Assembly (NCBI GenBank): GCA_025361085.1
Contig: JANYAX010000012.1
Span: 255-64,254, forward strand
DNA from: Candidatus Nomurabacteria bacterium
GTDB lineage: Bacteria > Patescibacteriota > Minisyncoccia > Phycocordibacterales > UBA9973
Direction of reading: 5' to 3'
DNA length: 64,000 bases
Below are positions 40,230-48,671 of the stretch, in pieces. The notes under the pieces are model-generated. The model had not been told where the DNA came from, did no database searches, and was given only the letters and a program-made list of their open reading frames with translations. The translations under genes and the position numbers were made by a program. Position 1 is the stretch's first letter. Each line of letters opens with the position of its first letter.

Positions 40230-40347
40230 CCCATTAGAAGCAGGTCGCGGTCAGTTTTAAACTTATTCCAACCTGCATATATTAATTTAAATAATAACTT
40301 TTACCTATAATCCTGTGAATTACCGCGACCGCGGCTTCTAACGGGAT
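40228..40347. mobile_element. MITE-like element between rplO and secY
   Basis: Terminal inverted repeats ATCCCATTAGAAGC / GCTTCTAACGGGAT plus inner GGTCGCGGT / ACCGCGACC. Confidence 0.6.
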
Positions 40348-40356
40348 CCATTCCGC

Positions 40357-40785
40357 TTATGCCACACTTCCACCAACTTTCTCTATTTTAGCACGTGCAC
40401 TTGCGGAAACCTTACAGCCAACAATAGAAAGTTTTTTACTTAATTCTCCTGTTCCAAGAATTTTAACTGCGGGGAAATTACCTCCAACACGACGAACCAA
40501 ACTCTTTTCGAATAGTGATGCTGGGTTTACAACTGCTCCAGATTCAAAAATATTTAATGCTGATACGTTTACTGGTGAGATTTTGATTGAAGCTGAATGA
40601 AAACGATACCCACGTAATTTTGGAATCTTCTTTATTATATCACGCATTTGTGGACGGCGCTTATTACCAGCACGAGCTGTCTGACCCTTGCCTCCACGTC
40701 CTGAAGTTTTACCACGTGTGCCACCACGTCCAACTTGCTTGGCTTTTTTATTTGGATTTTTTCTTTTTAATTCGTGTATTTGCAT
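40357..40785 (-). CDS. rplO: 50S ribosomal protein L15
   Basis: GRGGTRGKTSGRGGKGQTAR, VKILGTG. Confidence 0.95.
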   Translation of the reverse strand: MQIHELKRKNPNKKAKQVGRGGTRGKTSGRGGKGQTARAGNKRRPQMRDIIKKIPKLRGYRFHSASIKISPVNVSALNIFESGAVVNPASLFEKSLVRRVGGNFPAVKILGTGELSKKLSIVGCKVSASARAKIEKVGGSVA

Positions 40786-40797
40786 ATAATTTATTTA

Positions 40798-41418
40798 TTA
40801 TTTAACTTCTACCTTTGGAGTTTCTTCTGGAATAAATGCGCTCACTTTTACGGCTGATGTTTTTTCTTTGAGTATGTAAAGTGTCTTGTAAGCGGCACGA
40901 GCATTGTTCAATTTGTTTTTTGTTCCAGAGTGAAGTTTAGCTGTAACATTTTTGATACCAGCAAGAACTAACATATCGCGGACAGTACTTCCTGAAACCA
41001 ATCCTTTTCCTCTGTTTGGCATGATTGAAAGTTTTGCACTTCCAAATTTGGCAGAAACTTCATGGGGAATAGACATTTCTTTTGTTGTCTTTATCTTGAA
41101 CATATTTTTCTTTGCTTGGCGAAGAGCTTTCGCAATTGCAATAGCTGTGTCCCCACCCTTTCCTGTCCCAAGACCAACCGAACCCTTCTTATCACCTATC
41201 GCGATAGCAACTGCAAATGTCATACGACGTCCTCCTGCAACCACACGAGTAACGCGACGGATAGAAACCATCTTTTGGTCAAATTCTGGTTTGGGACGAT
41301 CAAAAGAAGGTCGTGATCTGCGATTGTCACCTCCTTCACGCTTAGCTCCATAAGTAGGTTTACTGAAACTTCGGTTATTGTTTGGTGTATTTGTTTTTGG
41401 TTTTGCTGTAGTATCCAT
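40798..41418 (-). CDS. rpsE: 30S ribosomal protein S5
   Basis: IRRVTRVVAGGRR, GDKKGSVGLG. Confidence 0.96.
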   Translation of the reverse strand: MDTTAKPKTNTPNNNRSFSKPTYGAKREGGDNRRSRPSFDRPKPEFDQKMVSIRRVTRVVAGGRRMTFAVAIAIGDKKGSVGLGTGKGGDTAIAIAKALRQAKKNMFKIKTTKEMSIPHEVSAKFGSAKLSIMPNRGKGLVSGSTVRDMLVLAGIKNVTAKLHSGTKNKLNNARAAYKTLYILKEKTSAVKVSAFIPEETPKVEVK

Positions 41419-41430
41419 AATATTTATGTA

Positions 41431-41772
41431 TTAAAATTTAAGACCAGCGGCACGTGCTGCATCTGCAAGAGATTTTACGCGACCTGTATATTTGAAACCG
41501 TTACGATCAAAAACGCATGCTTTGATACCTTTCGCAATTGCAAGTTTTGCAACTTCAGTACCGACAGTCTTTGCACGATCTCCTTTTGTACCAATTTTGA
41601 CTTTTATATCTGAAAATGAAGCAAGAGTTGTTCTCTTTTCATCATCAATAACTTGAGCATAAATATAATTGTTCGAACGAAAAACAGAAAGGCGCGGAAT
41701 TTTTGCAGTTCCTTCTATCTTTGTGCGGATTTTCTTTTTCAATCTTATTCTTTTTTCTAATTTTTTATTCAT
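41431..41772 (-). CDS. rplR: 50S ribosomal protein L18
   Basis: [21 protein letters not shown]. Confidence 0.96.
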   Translation of the reverse strand: MNKKLEKRIRLKKKIRTKIEGTAKIPRLSVFRSNNYIYAQVIDDEKRTTLASFSDIKVKIGTKGDRAKTVGTEVAKLAIAKGIKACVFDRNGFKYTGRVKSLADAARAAGLKF

Positions 41773-41775
41773 ACA

Positions 41776-42312
41776 TTATGCTGCTTTCTTACCCTGCTTA
41801 CGACGAACAACTTCATCAATATAATGGAACCCTTTTCCTTTGTAAGGTTCTGGTTTTTTCATCGTACGGATTGAAGCAGTGAATGAACCAACCAATTCTT
41901 TATCAATACCTGTAACTGTAATATTATTTTTCTCGGCTGTAACTGTGATTCCTGCTGGGATAGCAACTTTGACTGGATGAGAAAAACCGAGTGCGAGATT
42001 GAGTGTATTGCCAGCAACTTCTGATTTGAAACCAACTCCTTCGAGTACAAGCTTTTTGGAATATCCTTCGTTTACGCCGACAACCATATTTTTCACATGT
42101 GAAGCATATGTGCCCCAAAGTGCGTTTACACTTCTGTCGCCAGTCTTATTTGGAGTGAAAGTAATTTCATTGCCATCTATATGTAAAGTAACATCTCCAG
42201 GAAAATCGCGTGTAAGTGTCCCCTTTGGTCCTTTTACAGAAAAATTAATACCAGTAAGCTTTGCTTCTGTACCTGTTGGGATTATGACTGTTTGTTTTCC
42301 GATTCTACTCAT
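41776..42312 (-). CDS. rplF: 50S ribosomal protein L6
   Basis: MSRIGK, LGFSHP, PEPYKGKG. Confidence 0.97.
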   Translation of the reverse strand: MSRIGKQTVIIPTGTEAKLTGINFSVKGPKGTLTRDFPGDVTLHIDGNEITFTPNKTGDRSVNALWGTYASHVKNMVVGVNEGYSKKLVLEGVGFKSEVAGNTLNLALGFSHPVKVAIPAGITVTAEKNNITVTGIDKELVGSFTASIRTMKKPEPYKGKGFHYIDEVVRRKQGKKAA

Positions 42313-42317
42313 ATATT

Positions 42318-42707
42318 TTAATATAATTTAAACAATACTTCTCCTCCGACCATTTCTTTTTTTGCTTGTCTGTCAGTTAAAATGCCTTTTGGTGTAGAAA
42401 GTAATGTGAGACCAAAGCCATTGCGTGCTAGTCGAATTTCTTTCACACCTTTGTATACTCGGCATGATGATTTTGAAACTCTCTCTGCCCCTGTTATTTT
42501 TGGAGCACCGTCTTCTGTATAGGCCACTGTCAATTCCATAACAGGAAAACCCTTTTTTGTCTTTTTTGTAACAGCCTTAAGATACCCTTCTTTGACTAGG
42601 CATTCTGCGATTGCGAATTTGATTTTTGAATGAGGAACAACGACAACCTCATGCTCGGCACGGCCTGCGTTTTTCACCATATTTATCATGTTTGCGATTT
42701 GATCCAT
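42318..42707 (-). CDS. rpsH: 30S ribosomal protein S8
   Basis: MDQIANM, RVSKSSCRVY, STPKGI, GGEVL; start taken at MDQ. Confidence 0.95.
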   Translation of the reverse strand: MDQIANMINMVKNAGRAEHEVVVVPHSKIKFAIAECLVKEGYLKAVTKKTKKGFPVMELTVAYTEDGAPKITGAERVSKSSCRVYKGVKEIRLARNGFGLTLLSTPKGILTDRQAKKEMVGGEVLFKLY

Positions 42708-42773
42708 AATATAATTTTGTGCGTTAGGTTTTGCCTTTATTGAGTCCGAGGCAATTCCTAGCACTCTTTTAAT

Positions 42774-42959
42774 TTACCAACTTGATTTGCGAACTCCTGG
42801 AAGCATACCTTCATTGGCAAGCTCGCGGAAACAAATACGACATAGCCCGAAATCTCTCATATAGGCATGTCCTCGTGAACAACGAAAACAACGATTTGTT
42901 TCTCGTGTACTAAATTTTGACTTCTTTAAATGTCTTGCTGTGACTGATGTTTTTGCCAT
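42774..42959 (-). CDS. rpsN: 30S ribosomal protein S14, zinc-binding type
   Basis: 61 aa, [21 protein letters not shown]. Confidence 0.96.
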   Translation of the reverse strand: MAKTSVTARHLKKSKFSTRETNRCFRCSRGHAYMRDFGLCRICFRELANEGMLPGVRKSSW

Positions 42960-43137
42960 AAATTAAGGAATGAAATGACTATAATTTATGAGCATCCCGA
43001 CGTAAGGAGGGAGCCTTAAATTAAGGAATGAAATGACTATAATTTATGAGCATCCCGACGTAAGGAGGGAGCCATAAATTAAGGAATGAAATGACTATAA
43101 TTTACGAGCATCCCGACGTAAGGAGGGAGCCATAAAT
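42955..43137. repeat. Tandem array of three 58-bp units plus a 9-bp partial unit
   Basis: Units start at 42955, 43013, 43071 and 43129; only two mismatches (43016, 43105). Confidence 0.95.
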
Positions 43138-43306
43138 AAAATTAGCGAGTTTTCGGGAAAGGTTTTGCCTCTAAATGATCCCGAGGCAATTCCTTGAGGA
43201 GAAAACTCTCGCAAGTAGATATCTCGTTATTTTTCTTCTTATCCCTTCCCTAATCTTTTCAAGACGGGCAAAGAAGGAGAACAACGGATCAAAACTCACG
43301 TGTCCC

Positions 43307-43336
43307 TATACTAGCAAATCAGGTTAATATTGTCAA
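43307..43336 (-). promoter_or_regulatory. Internal promoter for rpsN-rpsH-...-secY
   Basis: Minus strand TTGACA-17 nt-TAGTAT. Confidence 0.7.
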
Positions 43337-43397
43337 ATTATTGTACGCGTCCACCACATATACCCTTCCTCTGTAACCCCTTATTTTCCAACCTTCT

Positions 43398-43424
43398 CCA
43401 GATAGTGGCAAGGCCACTATCTGG
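43398..43424. repeat. 27-bp palindromic element, copy 2
   Basis: CCAGATAGTGGCAAGGCCACTATCTGG, reverse complement of 9883-9909. Confidence 0.8.
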
Positions 43425-43436
43425 AGAGCATTATAA

Positions 43437-43928
43437 TTATAGGGGTTTTTGGTATTTTTTTATTTGGTGTTCTCGCCAGATGAGCCAGAGGATTATGATA
43501 TCCATGACAGTTAAGACTATCAGCAAAATCGAATGGCCTTTGAAAATATGGTAAATTTGATAAATAATCAGACCTCCCAACCCTACGAGCGAAGCCGGGT
43601 AAGCCCAAGCTTTTCTTAAATATAACCCTGTAATGATTGCAACTTTTATAATTCCATGACTTAAAAGATAGTAGACGATAAATAACTTCCCTGTCGATGT
43701 TATATGATTAGCATTATTCACCAAGAAATTAGCAATGAAATTGTTGGGCTCTTCAATGAGCTCACTATGAGTTATAGTAACAAGGAAATTTATTATTCTG
43801 TTGGTACTGACAAAATACAAAAATAAAGCAGATACAACTTCAAGCGATGCTTGGATGAACTTGAGTAGCAAGCTCACATTGTAAGCGATGTAAATATTCT
43901 TTTCTTCCTTCGCCTTGGTCATGTGCAT
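43437..43928 (-). CDS. DUF2127-like membrane protein
   Basis: LLKFIQASLE, ELIEEP, YLLSHGIIK, WAYP, WREH pattern; several TM segments. Confidence 0.75.
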   Translation of the reverse strand: MHMTKAKEEKNIYIAYNVSLLLKFIQASLEVVSALFLYFVSTNRIINFLVTITHSELIEEPNNFIANFLVNNANHITSTGKLFIVYYLLSHGIIKVAIITGLYLRKAWAYPASLVGLGGLIIYQIYHIFKGHSILLIVLTVMDIIILWLIWREHQIKKYQKPL

Positions 43929-43948
43929 AGTGACATTATAACATTACA

Positions 43949-43981
43949 ACAAAAAATAGCTCGAGACGAGCTATTTTTTGT
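43949..43981. terminator. Terminator after rplE
   Basis: ACAAAAAATAGCTCG-aga-CGAGCTATTTTTTGT. Confidence 0.75.
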
Positions 43982-43997
43982 CTTAATTTTTATTTGT

Positions 43998-44537
43998 TTA
44001 ATTTTTGAATGGAATTCCGATAAGTTTGAAAAATTCGGTAGCTTCGGCTTTATTCTTGGCAGTTGAGACGATTGTTACAGCTGAACCGAAAACGTCTTTC
44101 AATTCTTCGTCACCTGTTTCAGGGAAGATTGTGTGTTCTTTGATACTCATTGTTAGATTCCCAATATCATCAACAATCTTTTTATCAATACCGCGGAAGT
44201 CTTTCGTTCGAGGGATTGCAACATTGATAAGTTTGTCCAAGAATCCATACATGCGTGCACCACGAAGTGTGACCATCACCCCGACAGGGTCGCCAATACG
44301 AATCTTGAAACTTGCGATTGATTTCTTTGCGCTCTTTGTGGCTGGTTTTTGACCTGTGATTTTCGAAAGACGATCGATAACTAGCTTATTGTGATCTTTA
44401 TTACGTTTTATTCCTGAACCAGTACCAGAAGCAACAACCACCTTTACAAGGCGAGGTGCTGCCATTACATTCTTATAACCAAATTGGGTTTTAAGCGTGG
44501 TATATATTTTTTTCTCTTTTTGTTTAACTGTTTCCAT
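43998..44537 (-). CDS. rplE: 50S ribosomal protein L5
   Basis: ITGQKP, AKKSIASFKIR, VTLRG, PRTKDFRG. Confidence 0.96.
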   Translation of the reverse strand: METVKQKEKKIYTTLKTQFGYKNVMAAPRLVKVVVASGTGSGIKRNKDHNKLVIDRLSKITGQKPATKSAKKSIASFKIRIGDPVGVMVTLRGARMYGFLDKLINVAIPRTKDFRGIDKKIVDDIGNLTMSIKEHTIFPETGDEELKDVFGSAVTIVSTAKNKAEATEFFKLIGIPFKN

Positions 44538-44562
44538 TTTATAATTGCTAAATTACCGATTA

Positions 44563-44781
44563 CTAATCTGTCTTTTTGACATTCGATACATTGATTGGCA
44601 TTGCCATTTCCAAAATCTGACTTGGATCACCTTTCTTTTTAGATTTGTGAGCTTTCTTTCTCATATTTACCCCCTCAACGACAACTTTGTTTAAAGCTGG
44701 AAGTGCTTTCAAAACTTTACCTTTCTTGCCTTTGTTGGCACCTGTTATAACTATTACATTGTCTCCTTTTTTGATTTTCAT
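44563..44781 (-). CDS. rplX: 50S ribosomal protein L24 (short, 72 aa)
   Basis: [27 protein letters not shown]. Confidence 0.94.
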   Translation of the reverse strand: MKIKKGDNVIVITGANKGKKGKVLKALPALNKVVVEGVNMRKKAHKSKKKGDPSQILEMAMPINVSNVKKTD

Positions 44782-44785
44782 ATAT

Positions 44786-45157
44786 TTAAATAACTTCTTG
44801 AGCTAATGAAATAATCTTTTGGTATCCTCTTTCAGCAAGCTCTCTTGGGATAGGACCAAACACACGACCTCCTTTTGGATCAAGTTTATCTTTTTCAAGA
44901 ATAACAGCAGCATTGTCATCAAAACGAATATAAGAACCATCTTTTCGGCGATAGGCTTTCACTGTTCTTACAATAACAGCCTGACAAACATCTTTTTTCT
45001 TTATCATTTTTCTTGGGTCAGCGATTTTTATAGAGAGGATAACGCGATCACCAATACCTGCATAGCGTCTCTTCGAAGATCCAAGTATTTTGAAAACCTT
45101 TCCGACTTTACCGCCGGCGTTGTCTGTGATATTTACTATTGTTCCATCTTGAATCAT
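44786..45157 (-). CDS. rplN: 50S ribosomal protein L14
   Basis: [23 protein letters not shown]. Confidence 0.96.
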   Translation of the reverse strand: MIQDGTIVNITDNAGGKVGKVFKILGSSKRRYAGIGDRVILSIKIADPRKMIKKKDVCQAVIVRTVKAYRRKDGSYIRFDDNAAVILEKDKLDPKGGRVFGPIPRELAERGYQKIISLAQEVI

Positions 45158-45167
45158 ATAATTTTAA

Positions 45168-45413
45168 TTATGCTACTACTTTAAACTTCTTGTCTTTAGA
45201 AATTGGACGTGTTTCTTCGATTTCTACGACATCTCCGACTTTTTTACTATTGTTCTCGTCATGAGCTTTGTACTTCTTTGTCTTCTTTATTCTCTTACCA
45301 TACTTCTTGTGTTCAACAAAGCGTGTAACTTCTACAACAACTGTTTTACTCATTTTGTCGGAAGTGACTACTCCTTTTAAAATCTTATTTGTTTTTTTAA
45401 TTTGTTTTTCCAT
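45168..45413 (-). CDS. rpsQ: 30S ribosomal protein S17
   Basis: [24 protein letters not shown]. Confidence 0.96.
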   Translation of the reverse strand: MEKQIKKTNKILKGVVTSDKMSKTVVVEVTRFVEHKKYGKRIKKTKKYKAHDENNSKKVGDVVEIEETRPISKDKKFKVVA

Positions 45414-45418
45414 AATAA

Positions 45419-45835
45419 TTATCTCGCAACAACACGAGTAGTAACTGGCAATTTGGTTCCAGCTTTACGTAATGACTCTTTGGCCACTGCTTCAGGAACT
45501 CCATCGACTTCAAAAATAACTCTTCCTGGGCGAATATCTAAACAATATCCTTGTGGATCACCTTTACCTTTTCCCATTCCTACTTCTGCTGGCTTAGCAG
45601 TGAAAGGTCTGTCTGGAAAAATACGAATCCACATACGGCCAGTCTTACCAAGTGTTCTTGATGTGACCTTACGTGCTGATTCGATTTGGTTTGAGCGAAT
45701 ACGTCCACCACTGGTTGCTTTCAATCCATAAGAACCGAAAGAGACAGTTGTCCCTCGTGTATCAGGAGTAACCTTCGTCATATCAGTACGACCAGTTTGC
45801 CACTTTCTAAATTTTACTTTTTTGGGTGTTAACAT
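45419..45835 (-). CDS. rplP: 50S ribosomal protein L16
   Basis: [24 protein letters not shown]. Confidence 0.97.
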   Translation of the reverse strand: MLTPKKVKFRKWQTGRTDMTKVTPDTRGTTVSFGSYGLKATSGGRIRSNQIESARKVTSRTLGKTGRMWIRIFPDRPFTAKPAEVGMGKGKGDPQGYCLDIRPGRVIFEVDGVPEAVAKESLRKAGTKLPVTTRVVAR

Positions 45836-45840
45836 AAAAA

Positions 45841-46554
45841 TTATTTATATTGCTTATTATTTCTACTATCCCTGCTGTCTGTTCTGTTTGTATTTGTGGC
45901 TGGACCAGCAAAAACTTCCCCACGATATATCCAGACTTTTATACCGATATCTCCATAACTCATATGAGCTTTCTCACGAGCGAAATCAACATCGGCACGG
46001 AAAGTCTGAAGGGGAATAGAACCACGTTTAATTTGTTCACTTCGTGCGATTTCTGCTCCTGCTAGACGGCCTCCCAAGTAAATACGTGCTCCTTTAACTC
46101 CACGAGCAGACATTACCTTTTCGATTGCTTGCTTCATAACACGTCGGAAGGGAAGACGCTTCTCAAGCCCTTCAGCGATAGAACATGCAACGATAGCTGC
46201 ATCTGCATCAGGGTTTGTAACTTCTACAATATCAAATTTAAAATCTTCAGGGATAGCAATATCTTTCTTTTTCAAGGTTGCCACCATTTCACTTTTTAAT
46301 TTAGTTGCTCCTTCCCCAGAACGACCAATGATCATCCCAGGTCGTGAAGTGTAAACCATTATTTTTGTAGCTTTTGCATTACGTTCGATTTCGATACGAG
46401 AAACATAAAAACCGCGAAGCTTTTTTGCTAAAAATTCACGGATGATAACATCACTTTGTAAAAGAGTTTTGTATTTTTTGTCAGCAAACCAGCGTGATTT
46501 CCAATCACGGAGTGTTACTAATCTATGTGCGTATGGATGGACAACTTTTGACAT
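45841..46554 (-). CDS. rpsC: 30S ribosomal protein S3
   Basis: KVVHP, RPGMIIG, GRLAGAEIARSE, GIKVWI. Confidence 0.97.
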   Translation of the reverse strand: MSKVVHPYAHRLVTLRDWKSRWFADKKYKTLLQSDVIIREFLAKKLRGFYVSRIEIERNAKATKIMVYTSRPGMIIGRSGEGATKLKSEMVATLKKKDIAIPEDFKFDIVEVTNPDADAAIVACSIAEGLEKRLPFRRVMKQAIEKVMSARGVKGARIYLGGRLAGAEIARSEQIKRGSIPLQTFRADVDFAREKAHMSYGDIGIKVWIYRGEVFAGPATNTNRTDSRDSRNNKQYK

Positions 46555-46560
46555 ATAGTT

Positions 46561-47007
46561 TTATTCTTTAACTTCTGGCTTCACAACTTTTTTCGACTTT
46601 GCAACTTTTTTAACTTTTTCTTCAGTTTTAACTTCTTCTTTCTTTTCTACCTTTTTTTCTGATTTTTTAGCCTTATTTTCAAGGGTTTTTTCGATAAGAG
46701 TAAGCATAATATGACTTGTTCTCTTGTTTATACGTGAAGCTGAACCACGTGCTCTTGGCATACTACGCTTTAGAACAATACCTTTGTTAACTGTAATATT
46801 TTCTATAAATAAATTCTCAACAGAAACACCTGCCTGTTTTGCATTAGCAATAGCAGAATTCAATAATGTATTCACTGGGCCTGATGCTCTCTTTGGTAAT
46901 GTATCAAGAATAAGAAGAGCGTCGGCAACCCTTTTGCCTTTGATGAGTTCCGCTACAAGGCGAACCTTGCGGGGGGACTGTCTATAATTTTTTAGAAATG
47001 CTTTCAT
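46561..47007 (-). CDS. rplV: 50S ribosomal protein L22 with Lys/Glu-rich C-terminal tail
   Basis: SPRKVRLV, PRARGSA.RINKRTSHI. Confidence 0.96.
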   Translation of the reverse strand: MKAFLKNYRQSPRKVRLVAELIKGKRVADALLILDTLPKRASGPVNTLLNSAIANAKQAGVSVENLFIENITVNKGIVLKRSMPRARGSASRINKRTSHIMLTLIEKTLENKAKKSEKKVEKKEEVKTEEKVKKVAKSKKVVKPEVKE

Positions 47008-47020
47008 AAGTTAGTTGTAA

Positions 47021-47365
47021 TTATTTTTTCTTTGAGTCAACCGCGGCCTTAGCGGATTTCGATGCAGTAATTTCGGCCTCTTTCTTCTTTATCTCTAATT
47101 CTTTCTGCATCTTACCTCCATGTCGGACGAACTTGCGTGTCAGTGAAAATTCTCCAAGTCTGTGCCCTACCATATCTTCGCTGACCAGAACCTCTACGTG
47201 AGTTTTACCATTGTGGACACCAAATACGAATCCAACCATTTCAGGAGAGATAACGCATGCACGTGACCAGGTTTTAATCATACCAGTCTCGAGTGGTTTC
47301 TTGCCGGCAATCTTTTTCAAGAGCCTTTCATCAACATATGGGCCTTTTTTAAGTGATCTTGTCAT
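47021..47365 (-). CDS. rpsS: 30S ribosomal protein S19
   Basis: [21 protein letters not shown]. Confidence 0.97.
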   Translation of the reverse strand: MTRSLKKGPYVDERLLKKIAGKKPLETGMIKTWSRACVISPEMVGFVFGVHNGKTHVEVLVSEDMVGHRLGEFSLTRKFVRHGGKMQKELEIKKKEAEITASKSAKAAVDSKKK

Positions 47366-47418
47366 CTGATTATTTTAGTTTTGTAAATATAAATAAGCTC
47401 TTTTGAGCTCGTTCGTCT

Positions 47419-47476
47419 ATACTATCAAATATAAAATAAAAGTCAAATCCCCAGAGATGATGGTCTCTGGGGATTT
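47419..47476 (-). promoter_or_regulatory. pyrD terminator abutting a new promoter for rpsS
   Basis: Hairpin AAATCCCCAGAGA..TCTCTGGGGATTT (47445-47476); minus-strand TTGACT-16-TAGTAT. Confidence 0.65.
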
Positions 47477-47491
47477 ATGTTAGTTGTGTTT

Positions 47492-48511
47492 TTAATACCT
47501 TTTTCGAAAAAGAACTTTGGCCGTCAGAATAATAAACGGCAAATTCCATAAGCGCAAAGAAATGCATGATCCCAATGAAATAGCATTAGCTCCCGCTTTT
47601 TTGAATTGCCATACATTGTATGGGTTCATAATACCGCCACCACCAATTATCGGCTTCGTTATACCCATTCTCCTAGCTTCTCTTATCCATGCCAAGGCAT
47701 AAGGTCTGATCGGATGTCCGGACACACCTCCACGTCCTTTGATTAAAAACTGATCCTGATGTTTGTCGAGGGGAGAAACACGATGGCCGAATTGCTTATC
47801 TTTTTTGAAATATTTCTCCTTAACAAAATCGGGTAGTTCATTGAACAGGATTGTATTTATGGCAGTGAACCCATAAATGTATTTAAGCTCTTGCAACCGC
47901 AAAGCAACTTCAATCGGGAACTGCCACCCAACTTTAACGATAATGGGTAATTCGAGCTGTGAAAGAATCGCATACTCTGGGATAAAACTTTCCAAAAAAT
48001 TGGCAAGAGCATTATGCCCGGTGTTTGGACAAGAAATATTCCAATTCAAGAATATTTTAGAAGCAGAAAATTTATGAAGATTTTCTTTCAGAAGCAATAC
48101 GATAAGCCTTGCTTCCCCTGTTCTTTCCTCAGCAGTATCTCCCACTAACATTATTGAAAGATGAAGCTCTCCTTTTATTTTATAGAGCTTACCTTGTCTA
48201 AGGATGGGGCCCAATCCAGGACCGGAAAGTGAAAAGTTATTCACCATCCAGCCTTTCCAAAAATTTAACCCCACACACTTGGGGAACATCTTTTCAAGAG
48301 AGTAGCCATCCGAGGCAAGTTGCGCATTACCAATTCTTTTGGTCGCCGTCGAGGTTTTGGATTGAAATGTAACCCAATTCCGAAGAATTAGTCCAAACAA
48401 CCCAAGGGTCAGAATGTTCAGGAGAAGATAATGTTTATAACCCTCCCCCATAAAACCCAAGCTACCAGACGCAGCTATCACAGGTTTAGCAAAATAATGA
48501 TGTTTCTTCAT
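47492..48511 (-). CDS. pyrD: Divergent dihydroorotate dehydrogenase-like flavoprotein
   Basis: IAASG, KT.T...R.GN, NISCPN, AINTI, GGVSG, IIGGGGI. Confidence 0.75.
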   Translation of the reverse strand: MKKHHYFAKPVIAASGSLGFMGEGYKHYLLLNILTLGLFGLILRNWVTFQSKTSTATKRIGNAQLASDGYSLEKMFPKCVGLNFWKGWMVNNFSLSGPGLGPILRQGKLYKIKGELHLSIMLVGDTAEERTGEARLIVLLLKENLHKFSASKIFLNWNISCPNTGHNALANFLESFIPEYAILSQLELPIIVKVGWQFPIEVALRLQELKYIYGFTAINTILFNELPDFVKEKYFKKDKQFGHRVSPLDKHQDQFLIKGRGGVSGHPIRPYALAWIREARRMGITKPIIGGGGIMNPYNVWQFKKAGANAISLGSCISLRLWNLPFIILTAKVLFRKRY

Positions 48512-48671
48512 GATTCTTTTTTATTAAGTTTTGTTTATTATTTCAATTAGTTCAATTAAGGAATACCACAAAATCACCAAAGTAGCAAATACTACTTTTG
48601 ACAAAAAATTATCAAGATGTAGTATAAGGAAAAACGAAAAATAATTTCTAAACTCTTTATAAATCAATACA

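Noticed and set aside
42726-42759. Canonical S8-binding leader or c-di-GMP riboswitch
   Set aside because: The symmetric AA/AA loop differs from the S8 site, and the two-stem riboswitch architecture is absent
42955-43137. CRISPR array
   Set aside because: Units are contiguous and near-identical with no unique spacers; no cas genes in the window
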